Assembly (NCBI GenBank): GCA_043821645.1
Contig: JBDRCO010000037.1
Coordinates: forward strand, 192,001 to 256,000
Source of the DNA: Pseudomonadota bacterium
GTDB lineage: Bacteria > Myxococcota > JACRCW01 > JAFGSX01
Direction: 5' to 3'
Length of the DNA stretch: 64,000 nucleotides
In this document: piece by piece, positions 18,227 through 29,600 of the stretch
How positions within the stretch are numbered: the stretch's first letter is position 1
How the letters are laid out: every line of letters starts with the position of its first letter
The notes under the pieces: generated by a model
What the model saw: only the letters and a program-made list of their open reading frames with translations
Told to the model about the DNA's origin: nothing
The model's database searches: none
Position numbers and translations under genes: made by a program

Positions 18227-21200
18227 TGCACCCATCCATCCTGTCCGTGCTCGGGCGCGCGCGCGCGTTGATCGCTTGTGCGGCTCTGGGTCTGGCCGCC
18301 CCCGCGCTGGTGGCCGCGGTGCTGGTCCCCTCCAGCGCCGAGGCCAAGAAGAAGAAGAAGAAGAAGGAGAAGGACAAACCCAGCGGGGACCGCAAGGCGC
18401 CGGGCAAGGACGAGAGCGACCTCGGGGAGAAGGGTTCGTACGGGACTCCCGAGGTGGTCAAGGAGAAGGAGCGCACCAAGGTTCAGCTCGAGGCGCGTCC
18501 GACCCTGACCCTGGACGATTTCCGCAGCCGCAAGGAGGCGGAGAAGAAAGAGAAGATCGACGAGCAGCTCAAGTACATCGAGAAGATCATCTCGATGGAG
18601 CCGGCCAAGACCGAGATGCCCGGGCTGCTGTTCCAGAAGGCCGAGCTCTACCTCGAGCAGAGCGAGTTCTTCTTCTTTGCGGGCATGGGTCTCGACGACA
18701 AGATCCTGGAAGCCCGGGACAAGAAGAACAAGAAGGACCAGAAGAAGCTCGAGGCCGAGAAGAAGAAGTGGCTCGAGGAAAGCAAGCGCTGGAAGAAGGA
18801 TGGCGTCGAGATCTTTGCCGAGATCGTCGACAAGTACCCGACCTTTGACCGTCTCGCCGACGTTGTGTACTCCCTGGCGCAGGCCTACTGGGACGGTGGT
18901 GATAAGGACAAGGCCATCCCTTATTACCGGCAGCTCATCACCAAGTACCCGCAGAGTCAGTTCGTGCCCGATGCCTGGCTGGCCTTCGGCGAGTACTACT
19001 TTGGCAAGGCCGATATCCAGCGCGCCCTCGAGGCCTACCAGCGCACGGCCTCGTACGAGGACAGCAAGGTCTTCGCCTATGCCGTCTACAAGCAGGGCTG
19101 GTGCTACTACAACAAGGGCCAGTTCGAGGAGGCGGGCGACAAGTTCAAGGAGGTCATCCTTTACAGCGAGCTCAACCCCAAGCTGCTTGGCGACAAGAAG
19201 ATCACGCTGGGGCGGGAGGCTCGCAAGGACTTCGTGGTCACCTTCAGTCACTACGGCGATCCCCGGCGCGCCGTCGCCGAGTTCAAGGAGCTCACCCAGG
19301 ACGATGCCGAGCAGCGCAAGATGCTCGAGCGCCTGAGCGACATCTACTTCGGCGAGGGCAAGGACCGTGAGGCCATCGTCATGTACCGCACGCTCATGGC
19401 CATGACCCCCGACGACACCCGCAATCCCTTCTTCCAGGCGCGTATCGTCACCTGTGCCAAGCGTCTCAACGACAAGCGCTTCGTGGTCAAGATGGCCCGC
19501 GAGCTGGTCGACCACTTCCAGCGGGTTCGCACCTTCGCTGCGGCTCACAAGGACGACCCCAAGCTCAACCAGGAGAAGGTGGCCACCGACCTCGCCGACG
19601 CCGAGGACCTGTCCGACAACACCCTCCGCGTGCTGGCCACCACCTGGCACAACGAGGCGCGCAAGACCAAGGACGACGAGACCTTCGAGCTGGCCTACGA
19701 GCTCTACGGCGACTACCTCGACCTGTTCCCGGACAAGAAGCCCGCCTACGAGATCCGTTTCTTTTACGCCGAGCTGCTGTACCACCTCGAGCGCTTCGAG
19801 AAGGCCGGCGACGAGTACACCAAGGTCCTGCTCATCGATCCGGCCAAGGGTAAGTGGAGCCCGGCCAGCGCCGAGGAGGCCGTGCGTGCGTATGACGAGG
19901 CGGTGAGCGACTTCGATCGCAAGAACAAGCGCCCGCCGCTCAAGGGCGAGGCGGCGCTCAAGCCCTTGCCGGTGCCGAACATCAAGAAGAAGCTGTTGAT
20001 GGCATCGGACAACTACATCAAGCACTTCCCCAAGGGCAGCATCGTCGTCGAGTGCAAGTACAAGATCGCCAAGACGCTCTACGACTACAACAACTTCGAT
20101 CAGGCCGCCGAGCGTTTCCTGGAGATCACGACCGACTATCCGGACAACAGCCGCGCCGAGCAGGCGGCCAACCTCACCCTCGACATCTACAATCTCCGGC
20201 AGGAGTGGAAGAAGCTCAACGGCGCCGCGCGCAGCTTCTCCCAGAGCCGCCCGCTGATGAAGAACGAGGCCTTTGCGAAGACCCTGAGCGAGATTCTCGA
20301 GAACTCGTCCTTCAAGCTCATCGCCGACGAGTACGAGGTCCCGGGTGACAACCTGGGCGCTGCCAAGCAGTACCTCAAGTTCGTCGACGAGTTCCCCAAG
20401 AGCGAGCTCGCCGACAAGGCGATGATCAACGCCGCCAGCAACTTCCTCAAGGCGGGCAAGGACAAGGAGTCGATCCAGGTGCGCTTGCGCCTGGTGAAGG
20501 CCTATCCCAAGAGCCCGCTGGTCCCTGACGCCATGTATGCCATCGCCGAGAGCTACGAGCAGGTGGTGGACTACAAGGACGCGGCGGAGTGGCTCGAGAA
20601 GTTCGTCAAGCTCTACCCCAAGGACCCGCGCTCCAAGGACGCGCTGTTCAACGCCAGCATCTACCGGGAGGGGCTGGGCCAGTTCAAGCAGGCACTGAGC
20701 ACGCGGGAAGAATATCTGAAGACCTATCCCAAGGCCGACGATGTGGCCACCATCTACCTGTCCCTCGCCGGCCTGCACAAGCAGATGAGCGACGAGAAGA
20801 AGGCGTCCGAGGTCTACCAGGCCTGGGGCAAGAAGTACGGCAAGGGCAAGGACGAGGAGTGGGATGCCAAGTTCAAGGCCGTCGACGTGATGGCCCGGGA
20901 CAAGAAGTCCAAGAAGCAGGCCGAGCAGCTCGAGCAGGGTCTGGTCCGGGAATACGTCCGCCTGGGCAAGAAGGGGTGGAGTCAGTTCAAGAACGAGACC
21001 GATGCCCAGGCCCGCATTCGCTTCACCCTCGCCGACGAGGAGTACGAGAAGTACAAGAAGGTCAAGATCGAGTACCCGCGCGACCTCAACAAGAAGACCA
21101 TCAAGAAGTTCCAGGACACGCTCAAGGCCAAGGTCGCGGGCAAGGACAAGATCAAGGGCGTGTACACCGAGGTGGTCAAGCTGGGGCGTCCCGAGTGGGC

Positions 21201-21669
21201 CATCGCCAGCCTGTACCGGATCGGCGATGTGCACCTGCACCTGGTCGACGCCATCGTCAAGACCCCGGCACCCAAGGGGCTCAACGAGGAGCAGGCGGAC
21301 CTGTTCAAGGAAAAGCTGCGGGAGCAGACCTTCCCCATCGAGGAGCAGGGCGCCGAGGCCTTCAAGCTGTGCGTGGACAAGTCCAAGGAGCTCAACCTGT
21401 TCAATCAATGGACCCAGAAGTGCATCAACTTCCTCGAGGAGAACCGGCCGGATCAGCACCCGCAGATCATCGAGGAGCTGGCGGAGGTGAAGGCCGAGGT
21501 CCCCTTGCCGCCACCGCATGGCCTGGTGACCACGCTCAAGGCAGTGGCGCCGGCGAAGTCGGGCACGGCGGAATCTGCCAGTCCCGACGACAAGAAAGAT
21601 ACCGAAGGCGCCAAGACCGATGCACCCGCGGCCGAGGCTGCCGATGAGCCCGAGGAGGATGCATCATGA
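18223..21669 (+). CDS. gltD: Gliding motility TPR protein GltD (AgmU)
   Basis: Signal peptide, many TPRs, PDAWLAFGEYYF, YAVYKQGWCYYN, RFFYAELLY and C-terminal WAIASLYRIG..P.GL..E..YNQW-type region. Lies between gltC and gltE. Confidence 0.85.
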   Translation: MMHPSILSVLGRARALIACAALGLAAPALVAAVLVPSSAEAKKKKKKKEKDKPSGDRKAPGKDESDLGEKGSYGTPEVVKEKERTKVQLEARPTLTLDDFRSRKEAEKKEKIDEQLKYIEKIISMEPAKTEMPGLLFQKAELYLEQSEFFFFAGMGLDDKILEARDKKNKKDQKKLEAEKKKWLEESKRWKKDGVEIFAEIVDKYPTFDRLADVVYSLAQAYWDGGDKDKAIPYYRQLITKYPQSQFVPDAWLAFGEYYFGKADIQRALEAYQRTASYEDSKVFAYAVYKQGWCYYNKGQFEEAGDKFKEVILYSELNPKLLGDKKITLGREARKDFVVTFSHYGDPRRAVAEFKELTQDDAEQRKMLERLSDIYFGEGKDREAIVMYRTLMAMTPDDTRNPFFQARIVTCAKRLNDKRFVVKMARELVDHFQRVRTFAAAHKDDPKLNQEKVATDLADAEDLSDNTLRVLATTWHNEARKTKDDETFELAYELYGDYLDLFPDKKPAYEIRFFYAELLYHLERFEKAGDEYTKVLLIDPAKGKWSPASAEEAVRAYDEAVSDFDRKNKRPPLKGEAALKPLPVPNIKKKLLMASDNYIKHFPKGSIVVECKYKIAKTLYDYNNFDQAAERFLEITTDYPDNSRAEQAANLTLDIYNLRQEWKKLNGAARSFSQSRPLMKNEAFAKTLSEILENSSFKLIADEYEVPGDNLGAAKQYLKFVDEFPKSELADKAMINAASNFLKAGKDKESIQVRLRLVKAYPKSPLVPDAMYAIAESYEQVVDYKDAAEWLEKFVKLYPKDPRSKDALFNASIYREGLGQFKQALSTREEYLKTYPKADDVATIYLSLAGLHKQMSDEKKASEVYQAWGKKYGKGKDEEWDAKFKAVDVMARDKKSKKQAEQLEQGLVREYVRLGKKGWSQFKNETDAQARIRFTLADEEYEKYKKVKIEYPRDLNKKTIKKFQDTLKAKVAGKDKIKGVYTEVVKLGRPEWAIASLYRIGDVHLHLVDAIVKTPAPKGLNEEQADLFKEKLREQTFPIEEQGAEAFKLCVDKSKELNLFNQWTQKCINFLEENRPDQHPQIIEELAEVKAEVPLPPPHGLVTTLKAVAPAKSGTAESASPDDKKDTEGAKTDAPAAEAADEPEEDAS

Positions 21670-23108
21670 AGAGGCTGCTCCTCCCCTTGTTCATGGGCAT
21701 CGTGCTCGTACTTGGCGCCTGCCCCAAGCGTCCCGATGTGGTGCAGCCCGACACCCGGCCCGGGGATGGAACCGGGCGGCCGCCAGGTGATAGCGGCACC
21801 CAGGCTCAGACCAGCACCAATGCCGAGGCTGCGCGCGCCTTCGATGACGGGCTCAAGATCCAGGCCTCGGATCCCGAGCGAGCCATCGCACGCTTTGAGG
21901 CCGCAGCCGCGGCAGACAAGAGCTTCGGCGTGGCCCTGTACAATGCTGGCGCCCTCGAGGAGAAGCGCGGCAACGACGCGCGAGCCGCCGAGCTGTACGA
22001 GAAGGCCATCAAGGCCGATGCGACCCTGGACGAACCCGCAGACAACCTGGCGCTCATGCTGCTCAGACAGGACAAGAAGGCCAAGGCCAAGCGTGTGCTC
22101 GAGGCCGCCATTGCCCAGAACCCCAAGGCCGTGGGGCCACGCCTGCGCCTGTCGCGCATTGCCCTGAACGACAACCAGCTGCAGGAGTCCTACGGCCTGG
22201 CCCGCGAGGCCCTGGCGCTCGAGGCCAAGAGCCTCGAGGGCTATCGGATCATGGCGGACATCGCTCTGAGGCAGAAGCAGCCAGCCATGGCCAAGCTGCT
22301 CATCCTCAAGGGATACAAGCTGGCGGCCGAGGATCCCTACCTGCATTTCCTGATGGCCGAGACCCTCTTCGCCGAGAAGGAGAACTCGGCCGCGGTGCTC
22401 GAGTACCGCAGGGTGCTGGCCGCGGATCCCAACTTCCTCCCGGCGCGGGTGCGTCTGGCCTACATGGCGATGGGGCAGCGCGACTTCGGCACTGCCGAGC
22501 AGCATTTTGACGCCCTGGCCAAGGCGAATCCCAAGGATGGAGGTGCCCTGGTCAACCTGGGTCTGGCCTACAAGGGGCAGGCGCGGTTTGACGAGGCCAA
22601 AGCCACTTACGAGAAGGCCCTCGCCGTCGACAAACGCAATACCGAGGCTCTGTTTGCCCTCGGTGTGCTCGAGCTCAGGCACCTCAACGACCCCAAGACT
22701 GCCAAGAAGCACCTCAAGGCCTACGTGAGCGACAACCCGAGAGTTTCGGGCAAGCATCCGGTGTTCAAGCTGCTCGAGGAGGCCGACATCCTCATCTCGG
22801 CGCAGGCCGAGGAAACGCGTCAGATGGCGCTGATGAAGAAGCAGCAAGAGGAGATGGAGCGCAAGGCCGCCGAGGACGCCAAGCGCGCCGCAGAAGAGGC
22901 CAAGAACAAGCCGCCCGAGGCTCAGCCACCGGCGGAGGGGCAGCCTCCTGCCGATGCGCCACCGGCCGAGGACACTCCGCCTCCTGCGGACAATTCGGTG
23001 CCGGCCGAGGGCACGAGTTCGGCAGCCGCGCCGGCAGCAGAGGCTCCCGCGCCGGCCCCGCCAGCCAGGGAGGACGAGCCTGGGGAGCCCGAGGAGCCTG
23101 GTCCATGA
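21666..23108 (+). CDS. gltE: Gliding motility TPR lipoprotein GltE (AglT)
   Basis: Lipobox LGAC, TPR array and a Pro/Ala/Glu-rich C-terminal tail. ATGA-coupled to gltD. Confidence 0.8.
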   Translation: MKRLLLPLFMGIVLVLGACPKRPDVVQPDTRPGDGTGRPPGDSGTQAQTSTNAEAARAFDDGLKIQASDPERAIARFEAAAAADKSFGVALYNAGALEEKRGNDARAAELYEKAIKADATLDEPADNLALMLLRQDKKAKAKRVLEAAIAQNPKAVGPRLRLSRIALNDNQLQESYGLAREALALEAKSLEGYRIMADIALRQKQPAMAKLLILKGYKLAAEDPYLHFLMAETLFAEKENSAAVLEYRRVLAADPNFLPARVRLAYMAMGQRDFGTAEQHFDALAKANPKDGGALVNLGLAYKGQARFDEAKATYEKALAVDKRNTEALFALGVLELRHLNDPKTAKKHLKAYVSDNPRVSGKHPVFKLLEEADILISAQAEETRQMALMKKQQEEMERKAAEDAKRAAEEAKNKPPEAQPPAEGQPPADAPPAEDTPPPADNSVPAEGTSSAAAPAAEAPAPAPPAREDEPGEPEEPGP

Positions 23109-23184
23109 GGCGGATTGGCGGCCGCGGCCTGCTGCGTGATACTGTGGTACCCGGGCCCGGTCTCCGGGGTCTGCTGGAGGCAGC

Positions 23185-23439
23185 ATGAAAAGATTCGCGA
23201 TCTCCCTGTTTTGTGCCCTGGTCCTCGCGCTGGCCGGGGCGACAGCCATGGCCCAGGATGAGGGTGCCATCTACAAGAAAAAGACCGTCATCAACTTCGA
23301 GGACGACACCATCGAGGGCGATCTCAAGACCCCGGATGCCGAATACCTCGAAGCCAGAAAGCGTATGCGCCACGCCAGCTTGATCAAGATCCGGGACAAT
23401 TTCAGGCGCACCGTGCTGCAGTCGGTGACGAATCTGTAG
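23185..23439 (+). CDS. cglF: Gliding motility protein GltF (CglF)
   Basis: Signal peptide, then KKKTVINFEDDTIEGDLKTPD..Y..RK...SLIKIRDNF...VLQSV. GGAGG Shine-Dalgarno. Confidence 0.88.
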   Translation: MKRFAISLFCALVLALAGATAMAQDEGAIYKKKTVINFEDDTIEGDLKTPDAEYLEARKRMRHASLIKIRDNFRRTVLQSVTNL

Positions 23440-23539
23440 GACACGCAGAATGACCTGGAACCCCAGCCGGGGCGCGGTTGTCGGTGTTGTGAGAGGGATG
23501 CTGAGGAGTTGTGCACCCGCATCGACGAGGTAGAGGGCG

Positions 23540-25672
23540 ATGACAAACCGAGTCTCCCTGAAGATCAGCCGCGCTGGCGAGGATGTTGGTGTCGAGACCT
23601 TCGATCGCGACATCATCAAGATCGGTCGCCTGGCCTCGGCGCATCTCAAGCTCGACGATCCCAAGGTCTCCCGCATCCACGCTGTCATCGAGGTGACCGC
23701 GAGCGGCGAGGACATCTCCATCATCGACATGGGATCGGCCGAGGGGACCTTCGTCAACGGTGACAAGGTCACCAAGGTGAAGCTCAAGGACGGCGACGAG
23801 ATCCGGCTGGGGGACACCCGGCTGGTGTTGCAGCTCGGTGAGGTTGCGGACACCGTGGCGGAGGCGGCCGCGGCCGCTGTGGTCGTCGCCGAGGATCCCG
23901 CTGCCACCGAACTGGTGCGCCCCTCACCCAGCCAGCACGAGATGGCGACCCTGGCCGAGCTGCCCCTGGGGGACGATACCGGCGGCGTGTTCGACGGACT
24001 CTCGACGGAGGACGCCCACGCCGTGGCCGCCGCGGTGGTAACTCCCGTCCTGGCCTCGCAGCCACCGGCGGCTGCCCCGCAGCCTGCGCCCGTGGTTTCG
24101 TCCATGCCCCCGACCGTCACCGAGGTTGCCGCGTCCGGTGCTGTGAGCATGAGCGAGGACGGACTGGCGGAGTGGTCGGATCCTCCTCCCGTGGCGGCGG
24201 ACTTGCTGTCGCCGGGCGTGGCGGGAAATGCGCTGGTGGCACCGATGCCCACCGCGCCGTCGATGGAGTGGTACGACCCCTTTGGCGAGCTTCACAATGT
24301 CCTCATCGAGCCCGAGGAAAAGGTCAGCAAGGCCAACCGTGTGCTCGAGGTCGCCGTGATGTGGGACGGGCGACTGCTCGATGTCCGCCACTACAACGAG
24401 CCCAAGCTCGTGACCATGGGCGAGAGCAAGAAGGCGGACATCTTCGTGGTCAGCGAGGGCTTGCCGTCCAACGAGTTCCCGCTGATCCGGTTCAGCGATG
24501 GCGAGTACGTGCTGACCTACTTTGACGGCCTCGACGGCGCGATTCTCCGCGACGGTACCAGCGTGCCCCTGGGCGCGCTCAAGGGGCAGCCAGACGATAC
24601 CTTCTCGAAGAGCTACCAGTTCCCCTTGCCCCTGGAATCCTTGACCACCATCGACTACGGCGGATTGACCCTGCAGCTTCGCTTCGTGCAGAAGCCGGGC
24701 ATCATTCCCGGTGGCCCGTTTCAGGAGATCAACTACAACTGGCTCAACGTGTTTCTGGTGTCGCTGTTCCTGCATGTGGGCTTCTTCGCCACCACGGCGC
24801 TCTATCCTTACGACACGACCTCACTCGAGGAGGATCTGTTCTCGTCGCCCAATCGTTTTGCCCAGTTCATCCTCAACCCGCCGGAGAAGGAGAAGAACTC
24901 CCTTCTCAGCAAGCTGATGAAGCAGAAGGAGGGGGAGAGTTCGGCCAAGCACGCGGGTGCCGACGGCAAGGCGGGCAAGCAGGACGCCAAGGACACCGGC
25001 AAGCGCATGGCCAGCAAGGCCGAGAAGCCCACCAACGAGATGGTCGTCCAGAACAAGCTGAACCAGCTCTTTGGCAAGGGCGGTGGCAGCGAGGGCGTGT
25101 CGTCGGTGTTCGGAGGTGGTCTGGGCGGTGAGCTGGTGGGCGCCCTCGGTGGTGTCACTGGCGCGCAGATCGGTGATTCCTACGGCTTTGGTGGTCTGGG
25201 GCTGCGTGGCCACGGACCGGGTGGTGGAGGATCGTCGACGACGACCTTCGGCGTCGGTTCCATCGGCACCCGCGGTCGCGGTGGTGGCTCCTCGGGTTAC
25301 GGCTCGGGCTCCGGCGGCCTGGGTGGCAAGTCGGACCGCAACGTGGCCATCTCCCAGGGTACTCCTGTCATCATGGGCTCCCTCGACAAGGAGATCATTC
25401 GCCGCGTCATCAAGGAAAACATCGCGCAGATTCGGTACTGCTACGAGCGAGAGCTGGCGCGCAGTCCCGGTCTGTACGGCAAGATCATGGTCAAGTTCAT
25501 CATCGCCGGTACCGGGCAGGTTTCCAACGCCCAGGTCATCGAGAGCACGATGAAGAACCCCGAGGTCGAGAGCTGCATCTCCAACAAGGTGCGCGGCTGG
25601 AGATTCCCCAAGCCCAAGGGCGGTGGCATCGTGATCGTCAGTTATCCCTTCATCTTCAAGCAGAGTGGCTGA
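23540..25672 (+). CDS. gltG: Gliding motility protein GltG (FHA + TM + Gly-rich + TonB-C-like)
   Basis: FHA domain (IKIGRL..VSRIHA..DMGSAEGTFVNG), TM segment SLFLH, Gly-rich linker and C-terminal GSLDKEIIRRVI..IRYCYE..FPKPKGGGIVIVSYPF. Confidence 0.92.
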   Translation: MTNRVSLKISRAGEDVGVETFDRDIIKIGRLASAHLKLDDPKVSRIHAVIEVTASGEDISIIDMGSAEGTFVNGDKVTKVKLKDGDEIRLGDTRLVLQLGEVADTVAEAAAAAVVVAEDPAATELVRPSPSQHEMATLAELPLGDDTGGVFDGLSTEDAHAVAAAVVTPVLASQPPAAAPQPAPVVSSMPPTVTEVAASGAVSMSEDGLAEWSDPPPVAADLLSPGVAGNALVAPMPTAPSMEWYDPFGELHNVLIEPEEKVSKANRVLEVAVMWDGRLLDVRHYNEPKLVTMGESKKADIFVVSEGLPSNEFPLIRFSDGEYVLTYFDGLDGAILRDGTSVPLGALKGQPDDTFSKSYQFPLPLESLTTIDYGGLTLQLRFVQKPGIIPGGPFQEINYNWLNVFLVSLFLHVGFFATTALYPYDTTSLEEDLFSSPNRFAQFILNPPEKEKNSLLSKLMKQKEGESSAKHAGADGKAGKQDAKDTGKRMASKAEKPTNEMVVQNKLNQLFGKGGGSEGVSSVFGGGLGGELVGALGGVTGAQIGDSYGFGGLGLRGHGPGGGGSSTTTFGVGSIGTRGRGGGSSGYGSGSGGLGGKSDRNVAISQGTPVIMGSLDKEIIRRVIKENIAQIRYCYERELARSPGLYGKIMVKFIIAGTGQVSNAQVIESTMKNPEVESCISNKVRGWRFPKPKGGGIVIVSYPFIFKQSG

Positions 25673-25703
25673 GGTCTGATCCAGGACAGGGATCCGGTCA
25701 TCT

Positions 25704-25726
25704 CGAGGGCGGCGTCGCCGCCCTCG
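25704..25726 (+). other. Perfect 10-bp stem-loop after gltG
   Basis: CGAGGGCGGC-GTC-GCCGCCCTCG with no U tract; may act as an mRNA stabiliser or terminator. Confidence 0.45.
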
Positions 25727-25811
25727 GCCGTCGAGAGCACGCCCGTTCGATGGTTCCAGCAAGGAGCCAGGCGGGCGCAGCGAATCGCGGACAGGTCGAC
25801 GAGGAAAAAAG

Positions 25812-26453
25812 ATGCGCGTGCGAATGCGGCTGCTGATCGTGATGCTGGGGACTCTGCTGGTGGCTCCGTCGCTGTGGGCCCAGGGCGAGGTGCGCGGCAC
25901 CGAGGTGGGCGAGGGCGAGGGCGAGGAGACGGTAGGCGAGAGCAAGATCGCCAAGATTCGCGCTGTCGAGCGCGGACTGTGGTTCAACGTCGACTACGGT
26001 CCGTACTACCAGATCCCCCTCGGCCTGCCGCAGGAGATGTGCTTCCCGTGCATCGGCAGCCAGATCGGCGTGCGCGTCGGCTACGACATCCTCAATAACC
26101 TCACCGCCGATGCCTTCGTGCGCGGGTCCTTTGCCAACTTCAAGACCGAGTATGCTCGCCTTTACTCTGGCGACATCGCCTCCTACTACACGGGCGGCTC
26201 GGTGCGCTTCTCCTACATCACCACCGAGCGTTTTCATGCCACCGCGCGGCTCGGCGGCGGCGTCGCCTTCCTGTTCCCTGCCGAGTCTGCGGGAGGGTCC
26301 TTCCTCGCGCCAGCTGCGGATCTGGGACTGGGCATCGAGTACTTCACGCGACTGCGCCACTTCTCGGTGGGGTGCGAGATCGAGACCCTGGCTTTCCTGT
26401 GGCCTTTCAGCGTGGGTTTCTCGGTTCTGCCCACTTTCAAGTACACCTTCTAG
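25812..26453 (+). CDS. cglE: Outer-membrane beta-barrel GltH (CglE)
   Basis: Motifs RAVERGLW, VGYDI, GIEYFTRLRHFSVG and terminal KYTF. Follows gltG. Confidence 0.82.
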   Translation: MRVRMRLLIVMLGTLLVAPSLWAQGEVRGTEVGEGEGEETVGESKIAKIRAVERGLWFNVDYGPYYQIPLGLPQEMCFPCIGSQIGVRVGYDILNNLTADAFVRGSFANFKTEYARLYSGDIASYYTGGSVRFSYITTERFHATARLGGGVAFLFPAESAGGSFLAPAADLGLGIEYFTRLRHFSVGCEIETLAFLWPFSVGFSVLPTFKYTF

Positions 26454-26481
26454 ATTCCGTCAAAGAAGGCGCGCACGGCGG

Positions 26482-26511
26482 TTGAGGGGAACTCGGTCCC
26501 TCTGCTATAAA
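26482..26511 (+). promoter_or_regulatory. Candidate sigma70 promoter for gltI/agmK
   Basis: TTGAGG-N18-TATAAA with a TG extended -10. Confidence 0.45.
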
Positions 26512-26606
26512 TCTGCGATTTCTCTGCGCGATTGCGAGGCCGGGGTGGCCGCGCCTGGCCTCGCTTCGAGCCGTGGTGCACGCTGCGCCGGCGACGGTGG
26601 TTTTTC

Positions 26607-29600
26607 ATGGAAGAACAAATTCGCGAGCAACTGAAGATCTTGCAGGACCAGCCCGCCGACGCGGACGCCATGGCCTCGATTGAGGCCATGTACACGCAAC
26701 GCGGTGAGTGGGAGGCCCTGGCACGCCTGCTCGAGGACAACGCGCAGCGTTTGGGTGACAGCGAGCGCACGGTCGGTCTGCTGCTCAAGGCAGCGGACCT
26801 GTACCGCGACAAGCTCCAGCGTGTGGACAAGTCGGAGCGCGCTCTGCGCCGCGCCCTCGACGTGGTCCCCCGGCACCGCGGCGCCCTGGAACGCCTGCGG
26901 CAGCTGCTCGCAGACGCCGGGCGGCACGCCGACGTGGCGAGCATCATCGAGCGCCAGGTAGACGCGGCTCTCGACGACAAGGAGAAGGCACGCCACCTCA
27001 AGGAGCTGGGCAAGATCTACGACGAGAACCTGGATCTGCCAGAGCAAGCATTGCGCGCGTTGCAGGCAGCCTTCGAGGCGGATCGCACGGCCAAGAGTGC
27101 ACTCCTGCGTGGGGCCTCCATCTACCGTCGCCTGGGTCGACATGAGATGGCCAAGGGCCTTCTCGACCTGCTGCTCGAGGTGACCGAGGAAGAAAGCGAT
27201 GCCCAGATGCTGGCCGACCGCTATGCCGATGTGGCGGGCGAGCTGGAACACAGTCCCACACTCCACGATGTCGCGAGAGACGCGGTGACCCGAGCCCTGG
27301 CACTGGTGCCCGGTCACGCCCGAGCCACGGAGCTTGAGCAACACCTCGCGAGCTACGCAGAAAGCTGGCAGGACCAGGTGCGCACACTTCGCGCCCAGGC
27401 CATGGAGGCGCGCGACAAGAAGACGGCGGCCTCGCGCTACCTGGCGATCGCCGAGCACCACTGGGTCTATGGCAAGGACGCGAAAGCTGCCGAGGAGGCC
27501 CTGGAGAAGGGCTTCCTGCTGGTTCCGGGGCACTGGTCCTCGGTGCGCTTCCTGGAGCGGATGGGGCGCGAGGCCGGACATATCGAACGGGTTCTGGAAC
27601 GGCTGACACGGATGGCCTCGGAGGTCACAGACGTTCGCATCGCCGTGGACCTCTATCTGCTGGTGGCGGTGCTCGAGCAGGAGGCCGGTGGCAACGGTGA
27701 GCGTCTGGTGGACGTGTACGGCAAGGTGCTGAAGATCGATCCCGCGAATCGCAATGCCGCCGCGGCGCTGACGGACATTCATCTCAGTGCCGGGCAACAT
27801 GCTGAGGCTGCACAGGTCCAGGCGCACTACGCCGGCGAGGTCCGCGATCGCAGCGAACGACTGGCCGCGCACCTGCTGGCGGCGCGCCTGTTCGTGGGTG
27901 ACGCCGGTGACCCCGCCGAGGCAGTGCGGCACTTTGAAGCCGTGTGCGAGATCGACGCGGACCATGGCGAGGCGATCGCCGCTCTGGATGCACTATACCA
28001 GGGCGCGGGTCGTCACGCGGACCGGGCCAGGCTGCTGGAGCGGCGGGTCGAACTCGGTGGCGAGGCGGCAGCTCAAGCCGAGCTCCACGACGGCCTGGCC
28101 GCTCTGTACGCCGACCACCTCGATGATCCCCTGCTGTCATACCAGGCACTGCGCCGGGCCTACGCTCTGGACCCGCGGCAGGAGCGGGAGGATGCGCTGG
28201 AGCGGCTGGCAGACACCCTGGCGCGCCCCTCCGAGCTGGCCGAGACCTACCTGCAGGCCGCCGAGCGCCTGGACGATGCTGCTGCACGTCAACGACTGTG
28301 GCTGCGGGCAGCGGACCTGGCCCAGCGCGCGGGTGCGCCCAACGTCGCACGCGAGGCGCTGGGACGTGTCCTCAACGAGGACCCCAACAGCGATGCCGCG
28401 TTGAACGCGCTCGAGTCCCTGGTGGTCAAGGGCGAGGATGCCAGGGCGCTGGCGGAGGCCCTGGAGGCGCGGCTCGCGGTGGCCCGAGCGACCAAGGAGC
28501 GTCACACCTTGCTGCTGCGCCTGGCGCGGCTGTATGCCCAGGAACTCCGGGATGCAGCGCGTGCCATCGACCGCTACCGCGCCCTGCTCGATCTTGACCC
28601 AGCGGATGGTGAAGCGCTCGAGGCGCTGGATGGCCTGCTGAGGCGCGAGGAGCGCTGGCGCGAGCTGGCTGTCGTCGTCGAGAAGCGCATCGCCCTGTCC
28701 GATGAGCCCGCAGCCTCGGAACTCAGGCTGCGTCTCGCCAAGCTGCTGGAGGACCGTCTCAACAAACCCATCGACGCCCTGGAGCTATACGAGACCATGC
28801 ACAGCGCTGCCCCGGAGCGGCTCGATGTGGTGGCCGCGCTCGAGCGCCTGCTGCTGCGTGGCGTCGAGACGGTGCGCATTGCCGGTGTGCTGCAGCCGCA
28901 CTACGCCGCCGTCGGGGCGCACCGCCGCCATGTCGAGATGATCGAGATCCGGCGCCAGGCCACCGAGGACCCCGCACGTCGCGCCACGCTGGCACGCGAG
29001 GCTGGTCGCGTCCTCGAGGAGGAGCTGCGCAACCCACGGGAGGCTTTCACGGCGCTGTCCATGGCCCTGGTCGATCAGCCCGAAGATTCCGAGTTGCCCC
29101 GGGCGCTGGATCGCCTGGCGGAGTCTGCGGGCTGTCACGACGAGCTGGCCCGGGTCCTCGAGAAGGCTGCTGCGGCACTGCCCGAAAGTCCGGCCAAGGT
29201 CGCACTGGAGGCGCGCCGGGCAGACATCCTGGAGCAGCGACTCGGGAATGCCGATGCTGCCATCGAGGCGCATCGCAACCTGCTGCGCCAGAACCCCGGG
29301 AACCTGGGCTCGCTCGATGCTCTCATCGGTCTGCTCGAGGCCACGGGCCGCCACGAGGAACTGGTGGAATGGCTGGAGGTTCGGCGCGACTTCACGGATC
29401 TGGCCGAGCGAGCGGCACTCGATGAGCGCATCGGCCTGGTGCTGAGCGAACAACTGCAGCACACCGACGAGGCGATCCAGGCCTTCGAGCGGGCCCGCGA
29501 GGGCAAGGACGACAGGATTCGCGAGCGGGCCTTGTTGCAGCTGGACACGCTGTACCTCGCCCGGGGTGATGGCACCGCACTGCGAAGCGTGCTCGAGGAG